This document shows, in pieces, positions 23,478 through 33,989 of a DNA stretch of 35,601 nt. Below the pieces are notes generated by a model. That model saw nothing but the letters and a program-made list of their open reading frames with translations, was not told the origin of the DNA and did not search any database. Position 1 is the stretch's first letter, and the number at the start of each line of letters is the position of its first letter. Source of the stretch: Octopus bimaculoides (lineage: Eukaryota); contig NC_068983.1 of NCBI RefSeq assembly GCF_001194135.2, forward strand, positions 34,832,300 to 34,867,900. Reading direction: 5' to 3'. Position numbers and translations under genes: made by a program.

Positions 23478-23702
23478 NNNNNNNNNNNNNNNNNNNNNNN
23501 NNNNNNNNNNNNNNNNNNNNNNNNNNNNNNNNNNNNNNNNNNNNNNNNNNNNNNNNNNNNNNNNNNNNNNNNNNNNNNNNNNNNNNNNNNNNNNNNNNNN
23601 NNNNNNNNNNNNNNNNNNNNNNNNNNNNNNNNNNNNNNNNNNNNNNNNNNNNNNNNNNNNNNNNNNNNNNNNNNNNNNNNNNNNNNNNNNNNNNNNNNNN
23701 NN

Positions 23703-24083
23703 GTACTTAAAATGTTTGAGGCACCAATAAAATTTGAAGTTAAGCAACAAAAATTCAATAGGTTATAGCAGTACGTACGTTTCGTACAAGCTCCATTTAT
23801 TCATGTAGTGAGAACACTACAGAAAATACAATGAAAATGTACTCCTCAGCTGCATAAAGGAATTTCATTTTTGTCTGTGAAGCAGCAGCATAGTCGAGAT
23901 GTGTTTTCTTCTCTTACTCTTATTTTTTGCAAAATGACTTTCTAAAATGAAATTCCTTTATGCAGCTGAGGAGTACATTTTCATTGTATTTTCTGTAATG
24001 TTCTCACTACATGAATAAATGGAGCTTGTACGAAACGTACGTACTGCTATAACCTATTGAACTTTTGTTGCTTAACTTCAAAT
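23703..24083. mobile_element. Foldback/MITE with 140-bp inverted arms (23732-23871 / 23944-24083)
   Basis: Arms are reverse complements with 2 mismatches; spacer 72 bp. The left outer flank GTACTTAAAATGTTTGAGGCACC resembles a Tc1-type TIR (inference). Confidence 0.75.
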
Positions 24084-24302
24084 ATACATATATACATATA
24101 TTAGTTTATATATATATTAATATTATCTCAGTTTAAAAAAACCTTGACAACGTAAATATGTTTATAGTTACCATGGGTAGCAAAAATCACACAAAGAAAA
24201 CAGGATATCACATCCGTTTTATAGGTAGAGATTCCAAGTTAAAGCGATGCATTTTGAGTAGATACGAATAATAACAATAAATGGAGCAAAACGCATATAT
24301 AC

Positions 24303-25111
24303 ATTACGCAAAACGTAACTGACATCACATTTTAACAGATATATTTACTAAAATTACATAAAAAATCTGGAAATATAAAAGAGTAAATTTATTCAATAAA
24401 ATCGCCATTGTTTTCAACCACAGCCTGCAGACGTATTCGGAATCTTCTGTAAAACTTCTGGACGGTTTTCTTGTTTATATTGGTAGATGCTGTCATAATC
24501 CTTGCCTTAATCCTGCGGTCCACATATAATAATGAAAGGTGTATCTGTCTGGGGAGTTGGGTGACTAGATTTTATGGGTGATATGGTCGCAGAAATTGTG
24601 TGACAGTCATGAGTGGGTTCTCCTGCTTCTGTGGCATGCTGCAGAGTCCTGTTGCCGGATATAGGTCCTTCCAGCAGCCAACCTCTTGACCCAGAACAGC
24701 ACTACTTTTTCCAGGCACTTGATGTAGGCCTCCTTGTTGAATCTGAGGCCGTTTGAGAAGCTGAATGGATGTATAACGTTGACATCAATGGTGATTACTC
24801 CAAACACTATGATGTTGATTGGATGTTTGATTTTTATCACTCTCAGTACATGTTTTGAGGACACGGCAAGCCAATGGTTGTTCAGTATGTTCACCATCAG
24901 TTCGTATCGGAGATTCTGGCGCGAATGCCAAGTAGCGCAGCGTGTCGTTTACAAATTTCTGTCAGAGTGAACTGAGTCATGACGCTGTTTTTCTCACTGA
25001 CGGTGCCAAACTGACCTTAATATACTGTGTGGTTGACGAAATCGAAAATAAACTATGCGCATGCATGAAATTAAAAATATAATATAGTAACGATTTACCC
25101 ATCGCATCTTG
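24303..25111 (-). mobile_element. Internally deleted maT-like (DD37D family) Tc1/mariner transposon
   Basis: 5' terminus TA|CAAGATGCGATGGGTAAAT at 25113-25093. Start MTQFTLTEICKRHAALLGIRA is joined directly to MVNILNNHWLA...HPINIIVFGVIT...YIKCLEKVVL...QQDSAACH...SPNSPD. HTH and first Asp are missing and the 3' TIR is lost. Family assigned from recalled consensus. Confidence 0.8.
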
Positions 25112-25127
25112 TATATATAAATACTGT

Positions 25128-25508
25128 GGAGGCGCAATGGCCGAGTGGTTAGGACAGCGGACACGCGGTCGTGGGATCGCGGTTTCAGTTCCCAGACCGG
25201 ACGTTGTGTTTTTTGAGCGAAAGCACCTAAAAGCTCCACGAGGCTCCGGCAGAGGTTGGTGGCGAATCCTGCTGTACACTCTTTCACCACAACTTTCTCT
25301 CACTTTTTCTTCCTGTTTCTGCTGTACCTATATTTCAAAGGGCCAGCCTTGTCACACTCTGAGTCACGCTGAATCTCTACGAGAACTACGTTAAGGGTAC
25401 ACCTTTCTGTGGAGTGATCAGCCACTTGCGCGTTAATTTCACGAGTAAGCTGTTCCGTTCATCGGATCAACTAGAGCCCTCGTCGTCGTAACCGACGGAG
25501 TGCCACAC
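25128..25508 (+). mobile_element. tRNA-derived SINE (OR-like), near full length
   Basis: A box TGGCCGAGTGG, B-box-like GGTTTCAGTTCCC. The tail TTTCAAAGGGCCAGCCTTGTCAC...CGTCGTCGTAACCGACGGAGTGCC is shared with 15416-15738. Confidence 0.9.
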
Positions 25509-25854
25509 ATACTTGTGTATTTCCAGCTTTTCTATCTTTGCTCCGCAATATGACCTTCGTTTCCCCATTTCACCAACATCCACTTTTAAGTTTATTTTTG
25601 TTTTCTTCGGTGTTTTCATACTCTTTCTGTTTTCCACTTGTTTATGATTCCAAGGATTTGCTATTTTTTGTCAATATAATCCAATGCCAATACGCATAAA
25701 CAGTAATATGAAAGAGTTGTTTTCTTTTTTTCTTTCTTTTTAGATACTTTATGACGTACCTCTCTCTTCCCTGTGTAAATAACGTATTCATGTTGCAACT
25801 ATATTCCCTCTCATACTTTCCGGCAAAACATATTCAGCGATATCGCCAGCATCT

Positions 25855-25858
25855 GTAA

Positions 25859-25894
<36 letters not shown>

Positions 25895-26240
25895 CAGTAA
25901 TGCCAGCATTAGTAGTAATAGTTGCAGTAGCAATAGTAGTAACAGCAGTAGCAGCGCGGCAGCAGAGGAAGTGGCAGCGGCAGCAGCTGTATTAGTAGCA
26001 GCAGCAATAGCGGTAGAAGTAGCCGCAACAGCAGCAGTAGTAGTAGTGGTGGTGGTGGTGGTAGTGGTGGTGGTGTTAGTGGTGGTGGTGGTGGTGGTGG
26101 TGGTGGTTTTGGTGGTATGTTGTTGTTGGTGGTGGTGGTGGTAGTAGTAGTAGTTCCTGTTGCAGCTAAGACATTGTATGATGAAGATGATGTTGGTGGT
26201 GTTGGTGTTACTGATGTTGCTGATACTGGCGATGGTGGTG
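25855..26240 (+). repeat. Compound trinucleotide repeat (GTA/GCA/GTG/GTT)
   Basis: Direct reading. Confidence 0.95.
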
Positions 26241-26359
26241 TTTTATCCTTCCTCTAATGTCCTCATAAATGCCAGCATCGTCTAAAATGAAGCTCCACCC
26301 ACCCTCTCCGCAACACACACACACTCACACAAACGCAACCTATAGAGTTTCTCATTCTT

Positions 26360-26490
26360 TCTGTAGCCTCTTGGCAATGCCATCGAGTATTTTCTCTCCT
26401 TGGCTTTTTTGAGGCTTCTCCTTTTCAGTTTTCCAGCAGACACCAAGTCTTCAACGTTTTGTTTTCTCATATGGTTCCAGCTAGCTGAAA
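26360..26490 (-). mobile_element. RTE LINE C-terminal fragment
   Basis: MRKQNVEDLVSAGKL... and QGEKILDGIA (cf. MRREKLEHLVTTGKxEGKRxRGRQREKILDGL). Confidence 0.55.
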
Positions 26491-26607
26491 TTATATCTCC
26501 TTAATAAAATTCCTAGGGTTTTCTTAGCGTCGATAGACTTGGTCTTTCTCATTGCATTTATATAAAATATCTTCAGCTTCCACCTCAATGAATACATGTA
26601 TACAGTA

Positions 26608-27071
26608 CAGTAATCACGCACCATATCGCGGTTCCCCTATCGTGCTCTCAGTACTTCGCGGATTATTCTGGCTAATATATGTAAATTTATATCACGGGCT
26701 TCTGAGGCAGAGAAGTATTTATAGTTTTTTTTAGATTTTAATTATTTCCGTAGTAAGATAAGCATTTTCACGCCTAAAAGTTAATAAACATGAATACAGT
26801 ACAGTACTGCACTGTACACATTAATTAAAATATATTAAAAGAAAATACATAGTGTACCGTAGATGAGTAAACAAAGAATCGCACATACTGTATTGAAAAT
26901 GAAACTTGGGATGCGAGTGTGTGGTGTTCTGCATTTATAATAAAATAAATATATACAAATTACAAAAATAATTATAAAATATATAGAGTACAGTACTGTT
27001 TCTATTTCGCGGATTTTCACCTATCGCTGGGATTTTGGAACATACGGCCCACGATAGTCGGGGGATTACTG
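26608..27071. mobile_element. Tigger/pogo-like MITE with TA target duplication
   Basis: TA|CAGTAATCACGCACCATATCGCGG ... CCACGATAGTCGGGGGATTACTG|TA. Imperfect TIRs, AT-rich non-coding interior. Confidence 0.8.
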
Positions 27072-27240
27072 TATTGAAAATAAGTTGAACTTATGAGAAT
27101 ATGCAAGGACATTCATGCACACAAGTGAAAACTTTATATATATATGTATGTATGAATGTATGTATGTATTATGTATGTATGTACTATGTATATCTGTATG
27201 TATGTATGTATGTATGTATGTATGCATGTATGTATGTGAC

Positions 27241-27690
27241 TAAACTGGCACCCCCACCAGGCTATCATGGGGAGGAGGATTAAAAACAAGACCCGTTGAA
27301 AGGTCGAATGAACTTAGTGCGGGCTCCACAGCTACCTAGCAGATATTCCGGGATGGTGCGCAGCGTGCTGAATGACCACTAGGAGTGCGGCACCCCTCAG
27401 CTTCTGTTGAAGCATGTCTCTAGGAGAAGGTCACTCTGATATAAAACCATATATACAGGGAATGGCATGAGACATTTGGGAGATCGTTGGTTTGTGCTAG
27501 AGATCATGGCGCTCCCACATCTTTGAGCCTGCGACTCATATTGGCATCAGACATCTTGTTCCGGTTTGTCTCTGGGTGAGCTGAACCGTTATAACATTGA
27601 TATAGCTGCACACCTTTTTTTGGAAGGGGAGGTACAAGGAGGAGCGCAGAGAGGCTGGTGTTGGCTTTGCAGTTCGATCTGATATCCTTG
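27241..27690 (+). mobile_element. RTE LINE 5' UTR and APE endonuclease N-terminus
   Basis: GGAGAAGGTCACTCTGATATAAAACC 5'UTR-like motif, GELNRYNIDIAA, TFFWKG, KEERREAGVGFAVRSDIL. Confidence 0.8.
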
Positions 27691-27918
27691 GAAAAAAACT
27701 TCAAATCTGAAGAAGATGCAAAAACAGCCTTTCGTGATTTCATTACCTCTTGCTCTACAAAATTTTTCGCTGCCGGCTTAAATATGCTACCGATAAAATG
27801 ACAAAATTGTGTTGATAATATAGGTGCGTATTTTGATTAACTGCATTGCTTTTTGCTGATATAAAATAAAACAAACTTTCAGTTCAAAATCAGACATTTC
27901 ATTTTTAATGACCTGATA
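27691..27918 (+). mobile_element. Mariner 3' end (second family) with TIR and TA
   Basis: KNFKSEEDAKTAFRDFI...FFAAGLNMLPIK*QNCVDNIGAYFD*, then GACATTTCATTTTTAATGACCTGA|TA. Confidence 0.85.
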
Positions 27919-27924
27919 TATACA

Positions 27925-28213
27925 TACATATGTACATATATATATATATATACATATACACATACACACACACACACACACACATATATATATGTATATA
28001 TATATATATATAGAAAGAGAGAGAGGCATACACACATACATACATACATACATACATAAGACCACACTATACCGATGTTCCGTTACGTGTTGCATTTTAC
28101 TGTGCCCCTCTATACGTATGTGCATATGTATCTGTGAGTGTATATGTTTGTGTATGTGTATGAGTGTGCTGTGCGTGTGTGCGTGTGTGTGTGTGCGTGT
28201 GTGTGTGTGTGTG

Positions 28214-28287
<74 letters not shown>

Positions 28288-28325
28288 TGTGTCTGTGTGT
28301 GTCTCTGTGTGTGTGTGTCTGTCTG
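27925..28325 (+). repeat. Compound (TA)/(CA)/(TACA)/(GT)n microsatellite
   Basis: Direct reading; about 150 bp of (GT)n at 28170-28320. Confidence 0.95.
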
Positions 28326-28751
28326 TGTAAATCTGTTGACTCACCAGATACAATAAATTACAGGACTCAATACGCATGTAAAGTAATCTCTAATACATTA
28401 TATCAACTGTCTGAATATTTTTTGAAATACGAAATGAAAGTTCGAAAAATAAACGCAATTTCATGACTTCGCCTGTAATGGAGTTTATGACATTTATATG
28501 AAAAGAAATTCAAAAGCGCAAGCTTGAAGCACCTGTTTTCGCGCGTTTCGTTCACAAACGTTTTCAAACAGAAGACCATAAATATAAGCGTTTTTCCAAA
28601 ACTACATTTCATATTTTAAAAAATACTTAACAGTGGATATTTCTAAAGAACCCGAGGTGTGGTTTACCTACTAACGATAGAAAAACCAGTTAAACTGAGT
28701 ACTGGAAATCGGTATCGGTGTCTTTCAGTTATAATATAGGTCTACATACAG

Positions 28752-28797
<46 letters not shown>

Positions 28798-29167
28798 TAT
28801 ATGTGCATGCATACGTACATACGTACGTACGTACGTACGTACCTACCTACCTATCTACCTACTTACCTACATACATACATAAAATTTAAATATATATAAG
28901 CATGTCTAGATATGCAACTATATGCGTGAGAGTACATACATAAAGCAAAACATACAAATCTTCACATATACATGCGTACATACAAACAAAAAATACCCTG
29001 TTGATGATGTTGAATTTCCAATGAAGGAGCTTTGGATCTAGGTTAGAACTCGGCTCTTTCTCTATTGGCAAGAAATCTTGAAATAAAATTGAAGAGTGAC
29101 CTACATACATACATACATACATACGTACGTACATACATACATACATACATACATACATACACACATG

Positions 29168-30480
29168 CATGAAGTAGAACTAGTCGCAACATTCTCAAGG
29201 GACATAAAAATGAAGTTTGGGCATTATAAATGTTCACGCGTAATAATTAACCGACGAAAGGTTGTCGACCAGGCAGAGAACATGTATATAAGCGGCTTAA
29301 CCATTTCCCCTATTTCTAATGATGAAAGGTACAACTATCTCACAATCGATGAAAATGTTGCATACGTTGGTGCTGTCTAAGGACTCTGCACCTTTCTGTT
29401 TGTAAGTTGTCTGTTGGCCAATTGTCTGTCGGCCAACTGTCTGTCGTCGAATTGTCCGTCTACTGTCTGCATTTAACAAGGCCATATCTCACAATGTTTT
29501 TGCAGTGCCAGTGCTAGTGCCAGCGTTTGGGATATTGGAGTGAATACTCGATGGGATACGAAGCTAGAAACCAGAAAGGTGCTGACTACTACTGACAGCT
29601 TTCTCATTAACAGTGACACCGATAGAATTTATGAGAGGAAATGATGGCAGTAGATGTATAAGATCAGTTCAAACAGCCTTTGAATGTCGTGTTGTTTCAC
29701 TCAGACAACACCTGCTGAACAGTAAAGGAGATGAGTACATGTTACATGTCATATATACTTAAACGTGAGAGCGACAACACATTCAGAGTTGGAGATCTAT
29801 TGTGCGACCTAAAGGAGGCTGAACTGGCCTAACTAAGCAGAAGCTTGAGGGAGAAGCAGACATCATACCAGCAAAAAGTAATTCATGGGTACATATCCTG
29901 TTAGCTAGAGAGCAACAACAGCATTGACAGGAAGAGTAGCCTTTCCTGAACCTGCAATAGATACATTACATCCCACCTAGAGGAAGAAGTTATTGCCATG
30001 CAGGAACAAGAGATAACTACTAAACACCTGATCAACAAGACGAACAAATAACCCGCCAAACTTCTACGTTGAGATAAAAAAAAAAATGCTGGCTCTTCTA
30101 TACCAGTGTGGAAGATATCTACATTGGCAGCATCTGCCACAGATGCTACCTGAGGTATGATATAGTTTACAAAAACTATTTACAATGCTCTCCACAGGTA
30201 GTACTGCCCTAGCGTACGCCTATATATCAAAGGCTTGTCAGAACCAGCAGGTATTCACACTTTTAAAAATAAGGAATACTGGTGGATCAAACCCAATAAA
30301 AACATTAATTTGGACCAAACATAACAGGCCTGATATTTTTCTGTAGGATAGGAAACAAAGAGTCATCCACGAAAAATAGAGCAGTTATGGTGATTGATAT
30401 GGAACTTACAGCACATTAGGTTATGTACCCAAAAATTTGCACAAAAACCTAGAAATACGCGTTTTCTCAGAGAAAGAGGA
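29168..30480 (+). mobile_element. Dong/R4-clade LINE remnant (RT C-terminus to endonuclease)
   Basis: ELVATFSRDIKMKFGHYKCS...RYNYL...DENVAY; LSAFNKAISHNVFAVPVL; RSVQTAFECRVVSLRQHL; IAMQEQEITTKHL; KEYWW; KHNRPDI; LGYVPKNL. Many lesions. Confidence 0.88.
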
Positions 30481-31049
30481 AAAGAAACTGACGCAGATTC
30501 TCGAAATTCAATCTATTAGTGTCGCAGTCAAGATTTGTAAGATTTTTAACATATTCCAAAAATTCTCCATGTGAGATCCTTATGTCAATAGATGCACACA
30601 CTTGGGTGTATGCATCGACAGTTCAACCAACACACCAACTCAACCACATATTTGCAAAAACAGGGAACTCTCTTAATCCAATACGTTGTGTCTCTTTATT
30701 AGCGACTAGCTTGAGTTTTCTATCGAGAACTTAAATATGACTTTTAAAAAGTCATACATACATGCATACATACATGCATACATCAAATCCAATCGCAAAT
30801 ATTTATTCGACCCGGAGCTATGTCCCAGATGCCACTTAATGGGACAGAACACAGGACTCTGTGTGTATGCGTGTGTGTGTGTGTGTGTGGGTGTGTGTGT
30901 GTGTGTGTGTGTGTGTGTTGTAAGCGTGTTTGTGTGTTTTGCTACTTTTAGAACCTTTGCCTCTGACCAGCATCTATTGCGCTTTATCTCTTAATCACCA
31001 CAATTTGCTGGTTATTAAAATTTGTAAGTTTTAATATATTTCTTACTGC

Positions 31050-31126
31050 TACTACCACTATACCATATATATGCCCATTACTACCACTACTACTACAACT
31101 AATGCTGCTGCTACTGCATAAGGAGA

Positions 31127-31197
<71 letters not shown>

Positions 31198-31240
31198 ATG
31201 CCAGCATTAGTACTACTTCTACTACTATGGTTGCTGTACT
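31050..31240 (+). repeat. (CTA)-rich / (TAG)n / (CTA)-rich quasi-palindromic microsatellite
   Basis: Direct reading; pure (TAG)n about 31127-31196. Confidence 0.9.
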
Positions 31241-31711
31241 ACTAATATGACTCCGATCTCCATATGCAGATTGTGTCAAACCCTCTCCTTAATTTCTGCT
31301 ATGTGGTGATACGTTCAGAGATTATTCCCTCTGAAGTTATTAAATTCTGATTACGCAAATATGTATAAAGCCCTAAATGAGAGAAGAAATGAAGAATGAG
31401 AAATAGTTTTACCATAAATTTTAACCAAATGCGAAATGAACCGGCCGTCAATGAACGACAGACGATAATAACCAGAATGACTGACCTACACACACAAGAG
31501 CAAGCGATTATATTTAGATACCTCAGATGTATATGCTCTACCTAACAGCTTTACTTAAATCCACTTGTATAGGAAATTAATCAGCTATCAGAGGTTAGGT
31601 CCCAGAATGATTAGATAAACGAACTTATCAAATTTTCTGTGTTTATGTATGGTTTATATGTGCTTTCCATACTGCAAGTGCTATATACACATATGCATGT
31701 ATGCAAGTGTA

Positions 31712-31755
<44 letters not shown>

Positions 31756-32757
31756 NNNNNNNNNNNNNNNNNNNNNNNNNNNNNNNNNNNNNNNNNNNNN
31801 NNNNNNNNNNNNNNNNNNNNNNNNNNNNNNNNNNNNNNNNNNNNNNNNNNNNNNNNNNNNNNNNNNNNNNNNNNNNNNNNNNNNNNNNNNNNNNNNNNNN
31901 NNNNNNNNNNNNNNNNNNNNNNNNNNNNNNNNNNNNNNNNNNNNNNNNNNNNNNNNNNNNNNNNNNNNNNNNNNNNNNNNNNNNNNNNNNNNNNNNNNNN
32001 NNNNNNNNNNNNNNNNNNNNNNNNNNNNNNNNNNNNNNNNNNNNNNNNNNNNNNNNNNNNNNNNNNNNNNNNNNNNNNNNNNNNNNNNNNNNNNNNNNNN
32101 NNNNNNNNNNNNNNNNNNNNNNNNNNNNNNNNNNNNNNNNNNNNNNNNNNNNNNNNNNNNNNNNNNNNNNNNNNNNNNNNNNNNNNNNNNNNNNNNNNNN
32201 NNNNNNNNNNNNNNNNNNNNNNNNNNNNNNNNNNNNNNNNNNNNNNNNNNNNNNNNNNNNNNNNNNNNNNNNNNNNNNNNNNNNNNNNNNNNNNNNNNNN
32301 NNNNNNNNNNNNNNNNNNNNNNNNNNNNNNNNNNNNNNNNNNNNNNNNNNNNNNNNNNNNNNNNNNNNNNNNNNNNNNNNNNNNNNNNNNNNNNNNNNNN
32401 NNNNNNNNNNNNNNNNNNNNNNNNNNNNNNNNNNNNNNNNNNNNNNNNNNNNNNNNNNNNNNNNNNNNNNNNNNNNNNNNNNNNNNNNNNNNNNNNNNNN
32501 NNNNNNNNNNNNNNNNNNNNNNNNNNNNNNNNNNNNNNNNNNNNNNNNNNNNNNNNNNNNNNNNNNNNNNNNNNNNNNNNNNNNNNNNNNNNNNNNNNNA
32601 TATATATATATATATATATAGGTTATGAGAGGTAATGGTGTCAAGAAGACCCGAAGGTGTCAGGTAATGCTGAGTAAGTGCTATGGACATACTATAGTTC
32701 AGCTCCAGGCTCGGTGATTATGCGAAGGTCATATTAGCATGCGTATATATAAAAAAT

Positions 32758-33011
32758 TAACACGATGAAATAAAAATCCAAGGCTGTGAAAGATTTCAGA
32801 GCATTTATAAAGAGAAGACCTTACAACTGTTTCCGGGATGTTTCATATATCCCTTCATTGGAGATGTTGTGAGAAAATGATTAAGCAATAGTTATTCTAG
32901 AGAAGATATGAAATAGAGAGTGAAGTGGATGGAATGAAAACAGACGTGAGATATGCAGGGATATTATATCTGCAATTTCATTATTTAGGCAGAATGGTAT
33001 ACATATAAGTT
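32758..33011 (-). mobile_element. Penelope pLTR copy (left arm of inverted repeat) with hammerhead motif at 32818-32865
   Basis: Reverse complement of 33122-33374 at about 92% identity. Sense reads ATCT-CCAATGA-A-GGGAT...ATCCC-G-GAAAC-AGTT-GTA-AGGT. Confidence 0.75.
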
Positions 33012-33121
33012 GACTTATATTAACTTCAAAAAAACCCTCGATTCAATAACACAGTCTACAAACTCTATGCTTGGAATGACCAATTTTGAATACTATTGGA
33101 ACTTGCACACAAGGTACAGGA

Positions 33122-33374
33122 AACTTATATGTATGTCATTCTGCCTAAATAATGGAACTGCAGATATAATATCCCTGCATATCTCACGTCTGTTTTCATT
33201 CCTCCATTTCACTCTCTATTTCATATCTTCTCTAGAATAACTATTGCTTAACCATTTTCTCACACCGTCTCCGATGAAGGGATATATAAAATATCCCGGA
33301 AACAACTGTAAGACATTTTCTTTATAAATGTTCTGAAATCTTTCACAGCCTTGGATTTTTATCTCATTGTGTTA
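33122..33374 (+). mobile_element. Penelope pLTR copy (right arm), truncated by a gap
   Basis: Homologous to the left arm and contains the hammerhead motif. Confidence 0.75.
33267..33314 (+). ncRNA. Minimal type I hammerhead ribozyme-like motif (PLE type, U4C variant)
   Basis: Stem I GTCT(33267-70)/AGAC(33311-14); core CCGATGA; stem II GGGATAT/ATATCCC; GAAAC; near-palindromic ACAACTGT; GUA triplet at 33308-10. Activity is unknown. Confidence 0.6.
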
Positions 33375-33515
33375 NNNNNNNNNNNNNNNNNNNNNNNNNN
33401 NNNNNNNNNNNNNNNNNNNNNNNNNNNNNNNNNNNNNNNNNNNNNNNNNNNNNNNNNNNNNNNNNNNNNNNNNNNNNNNNNNNNNNNNNNNNNNNNNNNN
33501 NNNNNNNNNNNNNNN

Positions 33516-33553
<38 letters not shown>

Positions 33554-33989
33554 GAAAGAGAGAAAGAGAGTTCTTCTCCCTATGATTTGCTATTTTAGAA
33601 TATACTTTATCTCTGCTCTGTTGGGAATTGCTCCACGAGAATAACAAGGCACCCCCAGATCCTTTCTACACATGTCAGCTTCTGCTTCGACTTGAAACCG
33701 CATGTGACCTTGAAATATTGGTCCATTTATCCACATAAAAATTCGTTACCTTTCATTTAGACGGGCAAATATAATAGTTCTCTGTTGATACTTCGCTTCA
33801 TTCTGAAAATATAATGCTTACTCATATCTTTTCTTACAGATTTCATAGTCTTCCATAAGTAGCAATTTTTTTTACTAAGAAAAGTATTCATTAATATCGC
33901 ATTCTTTTTTCACACACCCTGGTTCAATACAAATAGCGATAGAATACATTAACAAGAAACAGAGTGAACCCACAATCCCAAGGGAACCC

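Noticed and set aside
28920-29075. Possible LINE/SINE 3' tail (CTAACCTAGATCCAAAGCTCCTTCATTGGAAATTCAACATC on minus)
   Set aside because: Looks like a dispersed repeat from recall, but there is no second copy or coding motif in the window to support a call.
21330-33647. Long poly-X ORFs (21330-22312, 23247-23768, 31611-32690, 33351-33647)
   Set aside because: They are open only because they cross N gaps.
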